Shown: positions 1 through 9,625 of the stretch, in pieces
Layout: each line of letters opens with the position of its first letter
How positions within the stretch are numbered: the stretch's first letter is position 1
Assembly: GCA_041658075.1 (NCBI GenBank)
Contig: JBBAAW010000002.1
Location: 602 to 64,601 of the forward strand
Origin: Patescibacteria group bacterium
GTDB lineage: Bacteria; Patescibacteriota; WWE3; UBA101185; UBA10185
Length of the DNA stretch: 64,000 nucleotides
Direction of reading: 5' to 3'
The notes under the pieces: generated by a model
Databases searched by the model: none
What the model saw: only the letters and a program-made list of their open reading frames with translations
What the model was told of the DNA's origin: nothing
Position numbers and translations under genes: made by a program

Positions 1-1466
1 TTAAGGCGCTTTACAATTCCAAAGAAGCTACCTCGGTTAAATTTTTTCTGGAACAAAGAAAAGGCCCCATGCAATTTTTAGTCACTGCGGGGCTTAATAG
101 TATTTCACGCGATTATCGAAACCGCGCGCTAGTTAGGCTTCCATTTGCTTTGGCAGGATTGGGGTCAGTTATCGTTTTCTATTATCTATCAAAGTCAATT
201 CTTAATGAGAAAATCGCTTTTTATTCATCTATATTCTTTGCTACAAATGGTTTCTTGATAGCCTTCTCCCGTATCGTCCAGTATCAGTCATTAGTAATAT
301 TCTTTGGACTTTTATCTGTCTATCTAACCAGAAAGTATATCGATTCTCTCCATTCGCGTCTTCTCGTCCTAGCATCAATTTCGCTAGCCATTTCAATTTT
401 GTCCCACTATGATGGAGTTTTCTTTATTCCTATCATTCTAGGTTTACTTTACCCATCGTTTCGTCAGGACCAAAGGCACGTTCTTAAACTGTTTATCATT
501 CCTACCTTACTTTTTTTAGCACTTACCTGCGTTTTTTATATCCCGTTTGCTCTAAATATTGCTCAGAGTACCGCTGATTATTGGGTGGGACGAATTTCCG
601 GAGATGTCTCAAGCAAAATTTCCAGTTCGCGCTATCTTTTTTCCGTCTACCAGCCCATTTATGTCCTGCATATTTACACTATACTTGGCATTGTAGGATT
701 TGGATTTATTACCCTAGTCACACTTTATAAAATCTTTCCAAAAATGCTGGGTAAGTTGCTTTCACATATCTATCAGCTCGATGTCTTTAAAGGCGCCCAC
801 TCCCCTTTTAGCTTGTCGACCCTGGTTTCCGTGTTCGCTTGGTTTCTCATTCCGTTTATTTTGCTAGAAGTCTTTATCTACATTCCCGGAACCCATATCT
901 ACGCCTATTTAATTCCCACCTTTTTGTTTATGGGCTTTGCTATTTTTTATGCCGATTTGGTAGGACGCAAAATTCTAAATAAACTACCTTTTTCCATCGT
1001 AGTAACTTCCGTCACGATGGTGGCCGTTTGGGTACTTTTTATCTTTCTGACACTTCAGTCGTATTATGTTTTTGTTGACCACGATTACGAATACCCATGG
1101 GAGAATAAAAAGTTTTTAATTTGGACTCTCCCCAAGCCCACGCCAATTTTTCATTTAAGCATGTTTGGGTTTCCTTACTATAGACATTGGGACGAAATCG
1201 GTGACTATATTAGGTTGGATAAAAAATCACAATTTTACACTACTAACGAGCGGGTTAGTATTTCGCGCTATCACATCGTCCTTGAAAAAGCCGGCGGGAA
1301 AGTGGGTTACTATGTTTATATTAAAAACCCTCAAACCTTCACTAATGAAGTTACCAATACAAGGATTAACGCTTGGATGCAGAACAGCTCACCGGTCATG
1401 CAATATAAAAACCAAGACCGTGTAGTTTCCGAAATTTATCTCGTCAACTCCCCTTTCATTTTATAA
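1..1466 (+). CDS. GT-C fold (PMT/ArnT-like, GT39-type) membrane glycosyltransferase paralog, 5'-partial. The reading frame is open to the window edge.
   Basis: Polytopic membrane protein. The frame upstream of the listed ATG translates to ...FLEQRKGPMQFLV. This matches the RQRKGPMQFLV motif near the N-terminus of the convergent paralog at 1436..2899, so the gene starts before position 1. Confidence 0.55.
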   Translation, partial: KALYNSKEATSVKFFLEQRKGPMQFLVTAGLNSISRDYRNRALVRLPFALAGLGSVIVFYYLSKSILNEKIAFYSSIFFATNGFLIAFSRIVQYQSLVIFFGLLSVYLTRKYIDSLHSRLLVLASISLAISILSHYDGVFFIPIILGLLYPSFRQDQRHVLKLFIIPTLLFLALTCVFYIPFALNIAQSTADYWVGRISGDVSSKISSSRYLFSVYQPIYVLHIYTILGIVGFGFITLVTLYKIFPKMLGKLLSHIYQLDVFKGAHSPFSLSTLVSVFAWFLIPFILLEVFIYIPGTHIYAYLIPTFLFMGFAIFYADLVGRKILNKLPFSIVVTSVTMVAVWVLFIFLTLQSYYVFVDHDYEYPWENKKFLIWTLPKPTPIFHLSMFGFPYYRHWDEIGDYIRLDKKSQFYTTNERVSISRYHIVLEKAGGKVGYYVYIKNPQTFTNEVTNTRINAWMQNSSPVMQYKNQDRVVSEIYLVNSPFIL

Positions 1467-2899
1467 ACCTTTGTTAGTGTCTCACCGTCTTTAACATACT
1501 TATATACCAATTTAGACTTTTTAGTTCCCGCATATATGGCGTCTTGTGCTTTGGTATAGAAAGGTCTTTTAATTACGACAACATAGCAGCATTTCTCATT
1601 ATATCCATATGATGCCTTAACATAAATTTGACTTATCCCCTTACTCTCATTAGTTATATACTGACATTGGGGATCGATGTATTTATTTACCTCCTTCCAA
1701 CCCCTATTGTGCGGAAATCCAAAAGTGATTATTTCCTCATCATAGAGAACAGGATTTAAATGCCACAGAATTTTTTTCTCGTCAAAGGGATACTCTTTTT
1801 TATGATCAACAAATATTAAATAAGATTGAAAGATTAATAAACCTATTAGAATCGTTAGCATTAATAAAAATATTGGAATAGCAAGCTTTACTCTGCTTTT
1901 CAACCAAACACAAAAATAATAAAAGCCGAGCGAGGAGGTAATGACGGCAGGAATAACATAATTGTAAATGTGTGTCTTGGGTGTAACCATAAAAAACTTT
2001 ATTAAAAGTAGGTTAAACATGAACCAGAGAAGAAACAGACCTGTTCTTTTTATAAACAAGACAGCACTTAGCAAACCAACTATGTAAAGCCATAAAGCTA
2101 CCTCGGGGTTGTATAATTCAAAGATGTACTTATGTCGCAGAAAGGAACTTCCTGCAGTACCGATTCTTTTAAAAAAATAGTCAATATTTCCGGTTTGGTT
2201 GGACGACAGATCTAGAAGATAGGCAATAATAAAGGGAAAAACAATTATCGCAAATGTAATAAAACTTATGAACAAACAAACCAGTTTTTCTTTTTTAGTA
2301 ACATTTTTATGTAGTACAAAGGTAATGAAAAAGTAAAGAGTAGGTACTATATAAAAGATTGCATCCCAATGCGACAACAAAGACAAAGATGCAAAAATAG
2401 TTCCTAGCAAGATCGGTAAGCGAAATCCCCGATCTCTGTATTTTAAATCGGCAAAATAATATAAGGAAAGAAAAGAGAAAAGTAAATTTAAACTTTGGTA
2501 CTGTGCTATACGAGAAAATCCAACAACAAAACCATTTACGGAATAAATGGACGAAGCAATAAGTGAAGCTCCATGACTTTTGGTTATTTTGTATATTAAG
2601 GCATACAGCACAAAAACCGAAATTAGGTTTGATGTTGTAAATGGTAGCCTTACGGCAAGTTCGTTCACTTCACCTTTAAGGCTAAAAATCGAAAAGGGAA
2701 TCTGGGCTACTAAAAACTGCATCGGACCCTTTCTTTGCCTCAGCAAAAATTCTATAAGTCTTTCGTTTTCAAAAAGTCTAATTTGAGCCTTTTTTTCATC
2801 ATCCTGAAATTCCGAATATGAAAGGTTACTAAATCTTAAACAAGAGGAAATTATAAGTAGTAAAAATAACCCTATATAATGTAGCTTAAATTTTTTCAC
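1436..2899 (-). CDS. GT-C fold (PMT/ArnT-like) membrane glycosyltransferase
   Basis: 487-aa multi-TM protein. It shares the RKGPMQFLV / RLPF / SRI.QYQSL motifs with the ORF at 1..1466. It converges on that ORF and overlaps it by 31 nt. Confidence 0.55.
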   Translation of the reverse strand: MKKFKLHYIGLFLLLIISSCLRFSNLSYSEFQDDEKKAQIRLFENERLIEFLLRQRKGPMQFLVAQIPFSIFSLKGEVNELAVRLPFTTSNLISVFVLYALIYKITKSHGASLIASSIYSVNGFVVGFSRIAQYQSLNLLFSFLSLYYFADLKYRDRGFRLPILLGTIFASLSLLSHWDAIFYIVPTLYFFITFVLHKNVTKKEKLVCLFISFITFAIIVFPFIIAYLLDLSSNQTGNIDYFFKRIGTAGSSFLRHKYIFELYNPEVALWLYIVGLLSAVLFIKRTGLFLLWFMFNLLLIKFFMVTPKTHIYNYVIPAVITSSLGFYYFCVWLKSRVKLAIPIFLLMLTILIGLLIFQSYLIFVDHKKEYPFDEKKILWHLNPVLYDEEIITFGFPHNRGWKEVNKYIDPQCQYITNESKGISQIYVKASYGYNEKCCYVVVIKRPFYTKAQDAIYAGTKKSKLVYKYVKDGETLTKVYKMKGELTR

Positions 2900-4516
2900 C
2901 TACTTAATTCTACGGTAAATATATACATTGGAAAGCGGAATTAGATTAGGTTTGGAAAGTTCAAAGGATTTTATGCGGATAAATCTCCTTGGATCGTTGA
3001 GCGATTCTTCAAACCGAAGCCATTTCGAAGCGTAATAGGGATACTTGTTAACGATCTCTGAATTTTTAGTCCACAACATAGGTCGAGAAGAAATTATTAT
3101 ATAGTCGTACAATAACGGATCTGGAGGATAAATTAAGTGTGCTCCTTCCGATTCGTAAACATTAAACTGCCAAATTGTTGCCGTTGGAAGCTTGTTTAAT
3201 GGATCTAAACCTTCCTCTGTAATTCCAAATTTTGTTGTCAAGGGAGGCAGATTTTCTTTTGCCCAAATATACGAGGCTGATTTTGGGGTGTTTCTTTGAA
3301 ATTGCCTCAATAGTAATGCGGGGAAGTATAGGTAATACAGAGTAGCACCTCCAATAAAGACTATGGCGATAAGTTTAAAGGCGGGCTTTTTAATAACATT
3401 AAGAAGATAATTTAGAGCAACAAGAGAAAACAGCATTAAATTAGGAATAATTGGGAGCATCCACCTATCAACCCGCCGGCTTTGAACAGAGAAAAATACC
3501 ACATAAAAGACGACTTGTAGAGCCATGACGAGATAAAATCCGCCATCCTTAATACCCCCGTCACCCTTTACCGGCCCGTTATCCCTAACCGTTAAGGATT
3601 TTACGATCCCCGGTAACGAAAGTATTAACACCGGCAAAGCTAAAATCCAAGATAAAGCCTCGATATATTTAAACGGACTATAATTAACCGAGTCAAAAAC
3701 CATGCCTCCTTCTTTAATCCGCATTTCCAAAAGTCGTCCAAAAAAGTCTCCCATAAATATCCATGCAAAAGGATTGGTGACTATAAAAACTCCCGTGATA
3801 ATAAATAAAGTTGCGACGAGGTTCTTAAAATCTTTATATATGAAAAAGACCACAAGATAGATGGGGAAAGTAAGTAAAACTGTTATCTTAGTTGACACCG
3901 CTAGTCCAAAACATAAGGCAAAGAGGGCTGTGTTGATTGTATCGTCGGGTTTTTTTAACGTGTGTCGGTGTTGGAGATATTGATAAAAGAACAGATTAGC
4001 GAGTAAAATTAATAAGGTAATAATAATGTCGTGATTTAAATAATGTGCGTGAACGATTAGTTTCCAATTGAAAGCCACTAAAGAAATACCTGCGATAGAA
4101 ATAAATGATCGCCCAGTTAAGCCCAGCCTTTTCATGAGAAGATAAAACACGGGAATAAGTGCAAAACTAATTAACGCATTAATTACACGCATAAAAACAT
4201 AAAGATCCATTTTTGTAAATTCGATTCTAAGAATTCCCAGCGTTTTACTAAAAATCATGGTTAGTATCGTGTAAAAATAAACGGGAAATGTGCCGTAAAC
4301 ATAGGATTGCGGAACAAGTTTGTAGATGTCGTTATTTCTAAGAATATTTTTTATCTCATAAGTGTACTTAATTGCCTGTTCCCCTATCTCTGGTTCGTCG
4401 GCATACCAGCTGTGAGGAAGTCCAAAGTTTATATTCCAAAGTCGCAATAAAATTCCTAGGAATAGAATAACGATAGTCAAAAGCTTTGTGATTTTTTTTA
4501 TACTATTTTTTAGCAT
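2900..4516 (-). CDS. GT-C fold (ArnT/PMT-like) membrane glycosyltransferase
   Basis: 538 aa. The N-terminal TM helix is followed by the loop LPHSWYADEPE, a DE-containing first periplasmic loop typical of GT39/GT83. It has more than 10 predicted TM helices and a C-terminal soluble domain. Its stop abuts the previous gene (2899/2900). Confidence 0.55.
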   Translation of the reverse strand: MLKNSIKKITKLLTIVILFLGILLRLWNINFGLPHSWYADEPEIGEQAIKYTYEIKNILRNNDIYKLVPQSYVYGTFPVYFYTILTMIFSKTLGILRIEFTKMDLYVFMRVINALISFALIPVFYLLMKRLGLTGRSFISIAGISLVAFNWKLIVHAHYLNHDIIITLLILLANLFFYQYLQHRHTLKKPDDTINTALFALCFGLAVSTKITVLLTFPIYLVVFFIYKDFKNLVATLFIITGVFIVTNPFAWIFMGDFFGRLLEMRIKEGGMVFDSVNYSPFKYIEALSWILALPVLILSLPGIVKSLTVRDNGPVKGDGGIKDGGFYLVMALQVVFYVVFFSVQSRRVDRWMLPIIPNLMLFSLVALNYLLNVIKKPAFKLIAIVFIGGATLYYLYFPALLLRQFQRNTPKSASYIWAKENLPPLTTKFGITEEGLDPLNKLPTATIWQFNVYESEGAHLIYPPDPLLYDYIIISSRPMLWTKNSEIVNKYPYYASKWLRFEESLNDPRRFIRIKSFELSKPNLIPLSNVYIYRRIK

Positions 4517-4596
4517 AAGTTTAGTGCTTTTGATTTTCTTTTGATTACAGACGCGTCCATCGAAAGTTGCATAGGCTTATTGTACAATAATGACGC

Positions 4597-7500
4597 ATGA
4601 AAAAGGTTGCCACGGTATTATTTTATCTAACTTTAGTGTACTTCGCCTTTTTTTGGCCTACTTTAAAAAGTAACACTGTGCTTGAATTCGGAAACGACGC
4701 ACGCAGATTTGGGTATCCAGTAAGAGTGTATTTGTGGGAAAAACTTCACGACGGAAAATTTCCTTTTTGGACGGAAAGAATGCTTTCCGGATACCCTATT
4801 TACGCCGACATAGAGACAGGGTATTTAAACCCAATAAATTTAGCATTGGTTTATTTATTTGGACCGTACACATCGTATAAGTTACTTCATTTTTTATCGT
4901 ATTTGCTGGGCTCTATAGGTTTTATTCTTTTCCTAAAACTGCGGTTAAAATCTCGTGTTGGCATACTAGTAGCCCACTTTGTTTATTTCTTTAGTTTTTT
5001 TAGCCTTTATCATCAGCAACATTTCGTTATTACTTTTGCCTACTATTTATTTCCCTGCTTTCTTTATTTGCTTGAAAGATACATACAAAACCAAAAAACG
5101 CGATATTTATTCCTTTATTTATTGTTACTTCTAAACCTTTTATACTTTGGCTCTTTTCAAATGTCATTCATAGTAATCGTGGCGTCGATCACCTATATAC
5201 TATCATTTAAAGCTTTAACAAAGGATTTTATATCTCGATCCGTCTTCCCTTGTCTTGTATTTTTATGCTTACTGATGCCCTTAATTGTCTCATATCTTGG
5301 GCTTTATACTGCATCAGAAAGGTTTTCTACACACAGTTTATGGTTAGAAGGATCGTTTTCTCCTCAGGTCGCTCTAAACTTGTTGTACCCCTTTAATTAT
5401 AGGTTTGGCGACTCTTACATGGGCGTAATCCTCAATCGCGACTTTTTAATGCATGAAGTTTACATTTATTTAGGAGTTTCCGGATTAATTTTGGCGATTT
5501 TGGGGGTAGTCTTTTCTAAATTGGATCGGCAAACAAACAGGTTACTGTTGCTTTTTATAGCAACGTTTCTAATTTTAGGTTTTGCTAAATCCAACCCTCT
5601 TTTGTCAACGGTCGATCCGCCATTCTTTTCACTGTTTAGATACTGGGGTCGCCTTGTTTTCCTTTTGATCTTTTCCTTGAGTGTCTATTGTGGGCATTTT
5701 GTTGACCAATTAAGCCAGTTATCTTGGAAATCGACGGTTAGAAAAGTAAACCTGCGCTTTCTTTCTGTATCGATGGTTTACCTGGCGATCTTAGAGCTTA
5801 TCAAGTTTCCAAATTTTAATGTCTTTTCTTTGTTTAGACTTTGGATGCGTCAGGATTATAAGTTTGACTATATTTATGTTTATCTGGGCTTTTTTTTAAC
5901 GTTTATCGTTTTTCTATGCTTAACCTTACTACTTAAAAAGTCTACATATATTAAATACGCACTTTTTGCGATGCCCGTTTTAGAACTGGCAGTTTTTGGT
6001 AACTTGGTTTTGAGAGACGCTTTTATAAATGTCGACCAGACTAAAGCAAATCTCAGTAGCATTGAGTCGACTTATGCAAACCAAAGAATAATTGTTACCG
6101 ATGCTGATGTAATAGGAAACAAAACGTTATATTATAAATTTTGGAGTCCTTTTGGGTATGTTTCTTCGTTAAATAAATACTACGACGGTAGAATTAAAAG
6201 TTTAGGTTTTGAGTCCGTCAGGCGACCTGTACTTACGAGTTTGGTAAAAGATGGATTTAATGATACAAACCTTCAATACGGGCTTAAAAACATCGGCGTT
6301 AATACGATTACCGACTCTAAAAGTAAAATCTATTACCGAAACACAACAAACTCCATGTTTTACTTAGATAGCTTTGGCATACCCGCCTATTTAGAGGAGT
6401 TAGAAAGATCAGAAGAACAACATAAATTAAAGATTTATGCTATAGGCGATGTTAAGATAAATTCCTATCTTCGTTATGATTCAGGTTGGAAAGTGGTTTT
6501 AAACAATCAGCCTATTAAAGTTAATAAGGATGAACTGTTTTTGAGTTTCAACTTGCCGGCAGGTACTAACATGGCGGAAGTAAAATACCTCCCGCACACT
6601 TTTTACATTAGCCTTGTTGTGACTGTCATCGGTATTGTTTTCTTTTTAGCTCTGAGACGCCTTGTAGAAACTCGTCCGACCCTTAAATTTTATATTCTCG
6701 TGGCCTTAATTTTCCTTGTTTTGCGCCTTCCCGGATTAGGTAGCGACGTGTTAAACAGTGATGGGGCAAGATGGCACAGGAGAAGCGAAAGGTTTTTACA
6801 GGCCATTAAAACGGGGGATTTTGCGTCAACCTACCAACACTATCAGCCGGGGGTAACTTTAATGTGGATCAACTCCGTCACTAAAAAGGCAGTTTGGGAA
6901 ACGCAGGATTTGTTTAAAATCCCAAGATGGACTCTGGAAAATTCCCAAGATTTTCCCAAAATTCACGCCGTGTCCAAAAGCGTCCTCGTGATAATTTTGT
7001 CTATCTTATTAATCTATCAAATGTTTATAATAACCAAAATATCTAGTCTAAAAGTCGCGTTAATTTATGGTTTTTTTGTGTCAACCGAGCCGTACCTAAT
7101 TGGAATAGACCGCTGGTTTCATTTAACCTCATTGGAATCATATTTTGCCTTTTCTGCCTATCTAACTTATTTCTACTCTCTCGCGCGACGGAGTAGGTTA
7201 TCGGTTCTTGCCACAGGCGCCCTGGTAGCTCTATCCACCTTGTCAAAACTTACAGGGATCATTGTTTTACCGCTCATTACAGTTACAGAAATCATCAGAG
7301 GTTACTACGCCAAAAATATCAAACGATCACTTATTTCCTTGGGTATAATAGTCGCCAGTTTTAGTTTAGTTGTTTTTGTACTCTTTCCGGCACTTTGGGT
7401 AGACTTTTTAAATGTCGTGCAAAAACTCTTTGGGGCGGTGGTTTCTGCGATGGATAATGATACGCGAGCCCAGTACTTTAAACCTCCATTTTCCTATATA

Positions 7501-8154
7501 TATTATTTAGTAATTCTCGCCTATAAACTTTCTCCCATTACGCTTTTTATTTTCCTAGCGTCGTTAGTAGTATTTGTTCGACAATTAGAACGCAAAGAAC
7601 CTGTCCAAGGTAGATTTGTTTTAGCCTATTTTTTAACTTTCTTTCTCGTCTTAACCATGTCGACTAAAAAAATTGACCGGTACGCTTTGGCCTTAATACA
7701 ACCTATATTACTATTTGCATCGATCTATTTAGCTAAACTTAAACATAAAACCTTCGTATTTGTTATCGCTATTCAGTTAATCGCATCGACCTTTATTTAT
7801 TTTAGACACTTTCCCGTATTGTCGAGCTATTACTCCCCTATTTTTGGTGGCGCTAAAACTGCCTTAAATATGGGCGTGTATGAAAATAGTGGAGAATATT
7901 TTGCTCAAGCGGCGTTTTATCTAAATAACACGGGTCGTGCGGATGTTTATGCGCCGGACAATTACGAGTCATTTAAATATTTTTATCATGGGAATACTTT
8001 GCGCGACTTTGCTCCGTCGGCTAAATATGTGATAACCTCCATTGATTTTGATAGGAAAACGCCAAGAAATATCAAAGGGTGTGAAACATTGAAAAAAGAA
8101 TTTGGTCCGAAAAGTTTTATTCCTTTAGTATATATCTATGCGTGCAAAAATTAA
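4597..8154 (+). CDS. Large (1185 aa) two-module membrane protein. The N-terminal module is a YfhO-like polytopic domain and the C-terminal module is a GT39/ArnT-like GT-C domain.
   Basis: Single uninterrupted ORF. Residues 1-~640 are hydrophobic and multi-TM. Residues ~650-1185 restart a second TM bundle. The loop sDGARWHRRSERF...YQHYQPGVTLMW resembles the DE/HPP loop of PMT/ArnT enzymes. Confidence 0.5.
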   Translation: MKKVATVLFYLTLVYFAFFWPTLKSNTVLEFGNDARRFGYPVRVYLWEKLHDGKFPFWTERMLSGYPIYADIETGYLNPINLALVYLFGPYTSYKLLHFLSYLLGSIGFILFLKLRLKSRVGILVAHFVYFFSFFSLYHQQHFVITFAYYLFPCFLYLLERYIQNQKTRYLFLYLLLLLNLLYFGSFQMSFIVIVASITYILSFKALTKDFISRSVFPCLVFLCLLMPLIVSYLGLYTASERFSTHSLWLEGSFSPQVALNLLYPFNYRFGDSYMGVILNRDFLMHEVYIYLGVSGLILAILGVVFSKLDRQTNRLLLLFIATFLILGFAKSNPLLSTVDPPFFSLFRYWGRLVFLLIFSLSVYCGHFVDQLSQLSWKSTVRKVNLRFLSVSMVYLAILELIKFPNFNVFSLFRLWMRQDYKFDYIYVYLGFFLTFIVFLCLTLLLKKSTYIKYALFAMPVLELAVFGNLVLRDAFINVDQTKANLSSIESTYANQRIIVTDADVIGNKTLYYKFWSPFGYVSSLNKYYDGRIKSLGFESVRRPVLTSLVKDGFNDTNLQYGLKNIGVNTITDSKSKIYYRNTTNSMFYLDSFGIPAYLEELERSEEQHKLKIYAIGDVKINSYLRYDSGWKVVLNNQPIKVNKDELFLSFNLPAGTNMAEVKYLPHTFYISLVVTVIGIVFFLALRRLVETRPTLKFYILVALIFLVLRLPGLGSDVLNSDGARWHRRSERFLQAIKTGDFASTYQHYQPGVTLMWINSVTKKAVWETQDLFKIPRWTLENSQDFPKIHAVSKSVLVIILSILLIYQMFIITKISSLKVALIYGFFVSTEPYLIGIDRWFHLTSLESYFAFSAYLTYFYSLARRSRLSVLATGALVALSTLSKLTGIIVLPLITVTEIIRGYYAKNIKRSLISLGIIVASFSLVVFVLFPALWVDFLNVVQKLFGAVVSAMDNDTRAQYFKPPFSYIYYLVILAYKLSPITLFIFLASLVVFVRQLERKEPVQGRFVLAYFLTFFLVLTMSTKKIDRYALALIQPILLFASIYLAKLKHKTFVFVIAIQLIASTFIYFRHFPVLSSYYSPIFGGAKTALNMGVYENSGEYFAQAAFYLNNTGRADVYAPDNYESFKYFYHGNTLRDFAPSAKYVITSIDFDRKTPRNIKGCETLKKEFGPKSFIPLVYIYACKN

Positions 8155-9625
8155 TAAACACATCTTATTTATCGTATTTTCAATGTTTTACCTAACCTTT
8201 TCCTTGTTTACTTATAAAGACTACGGAATAACTTCCGACGAACAGGTAAACTACAGAGCCGGAGGAGTTTATGTTAATTATCTTTTTTTAGGTCCGGGAA
8301 GACGCCAGGAAATTGAGCAAAAAGCTTCACCAAAAGATGATCCTCAAAAGTATCCTGCTTTTAGGTTGTACCCTGGGCTAGTATCTATAATTAACCTCCT
8401 CTCCTGTTATGAAAGCGCCCATTTAATAAACCTGCTTTTTGGCTACTTTGGGTTTTTGATAATTTACCTGTTGGTATTTGATATTACGCACTCAAGATTC
8501 TCGATACTCGCGCCTCTGCTACTTTTTCTAAACCCGCACTATTTTGGCCATATTCCAGCCAATCCAAAAGACATCCCTTTTTCTACTTTGTATCTGTTTT
8601 GTGTTTATTTACTAATTAAATTGCGCACAGATAAAGTAACCAACTTTGTTGTTTTGGGGATCTTCCTTGGATTACTTACGGCAACAAGATTTGTAGGCGG
8701 TGTTTTATTCTTATTTTTAATTCTTAAAGTCTTGTTCGGTTTAAATAACCACGGTAAGATGGACAAAAGAATACTGTATCTAATAATCACTGTTTCGGTT
8801 TCTTTTATCCTCCTTTATGCAATTTGGCCATACCTTTGGCACAACCCTATTAGCAAACTCCTTATGTTGGCAAGAAACGCAGATGAATTTTCTTTTTGGG
8901 ATAGAAAGATTTTGTTTGAAGGTATTTTGATAACCAAAACCGAACGCCCGTGGTACTACCTCTTTACCTACATCTTCTACAAAACTCCCCTTCTGATTTT
9001 GGTTGGATTGCTTGGGTCGCTGTTTGGAAAATATCATAAAACGATATTTATTACCTCTATTGCCCTTTTTAATTTACTTTTATATCTCTTATTTCAGCCC
9101 GTCATATATAACGAAATGCGCCATTTTTTGTATTTAATTCCAGTGTTTACAGTTTTGTCCTCCATCTTATTTATCGACCTTTTAACCAATGAAACGGCAC
9201 TGATTTATAAAACCGTCTTTATTGTAATCGTGTTAGGATTATTAAAAATGTCGTACGACTTTGTTTTGTTACACCCGTACCAATATGTGTATTTTAACGA
9301 GTTTGCTGGAAAAATGGTCGATATTACTAAAAAATACGAAGTTGATTATTGGTCGGCGTCTTATAAAGAGTCCAGTGAGTATTTAAGAAACCTGTCGTTA
9401 AAAAGTCCTACCCCAATAAAAGTTTATCCGTGCAACTTGGACTTTGGGGTCGACTATTACTCACATAAAGATTTTGTAGTTGTAAACAAGCCGGAAGAAG
9501 CCGACTATGTAATATGCGATAATCTAAACGCTTTAAAAAAAGATCTTGACCTAGAGAATAAGATTATTTTTAGGGTGGTCAGAAAAGGAGCCACCCTTTC
9601 TTATGTGGCTAAAACGATTAAATAA
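8138..9625 (+). CDS. GT-C fold membrane glycosyltransferase paralog (first copy of a tandem pair)
   Basis: 495-aa polytopic protein with N-terminus ...KHILFIVFS.FYL..SL.TYKDYGITSDEQ. It is about 65% identical to the downstream neighbour, and its C-terminus ...RVVRKGATLSYVAKT is conserved. It overlaps the upstream gene by 17 nt. Confidence 0.55.
   Translation: MRAKINKHILFIVFSMFYLTFSLFTYKDYGITSDEQVNYRAGGVYVNYLFLGPGRRQEIEQKASPKDDPQKYPAFRLYPGLVSIINLLSCYESAHLINLLFGYFGFLIIYLLVFDITHSRFSILAPLLLFLNPHYFGHIPANPKDIPFSTLYLFCVYLLIKLRTDKVTNFVVLGIFLGLLTATRFVGGVLFLFLILKVLFGLNNHGKMDKRILYLIITVSVSFILLYAIWPYLWHNPISKLLMLARNADEFSFWDRKILFEGILITKTERPWYYLFTYIFYKTPLLILVGLLGSLFGKYHKTIFITSIALFNLLLYLLFQPVIYNEMRHFLYLIPVFTVLSSILFIDLLTNETALIYKTVFIVIVLGLLKMSYDFVLLHPYQYVYFNEFAGKMVDITKKYEVDYWSASYKESSEYLRNLSLKSPTPIKVYPCNLDFGVDYYSHKDFVVVNKPEEADYVICDNLNALKKDLDLENKIIFRVVRKGATLSYVAKTIK

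Noticed and set aside
4597-8154. Possibility that the 1185-aa ORF is two genes
   Set aside because: There is no in-frame stop or obvious internal start or SD at the module junction. It is kept as one fusion gene pending read-level verification.
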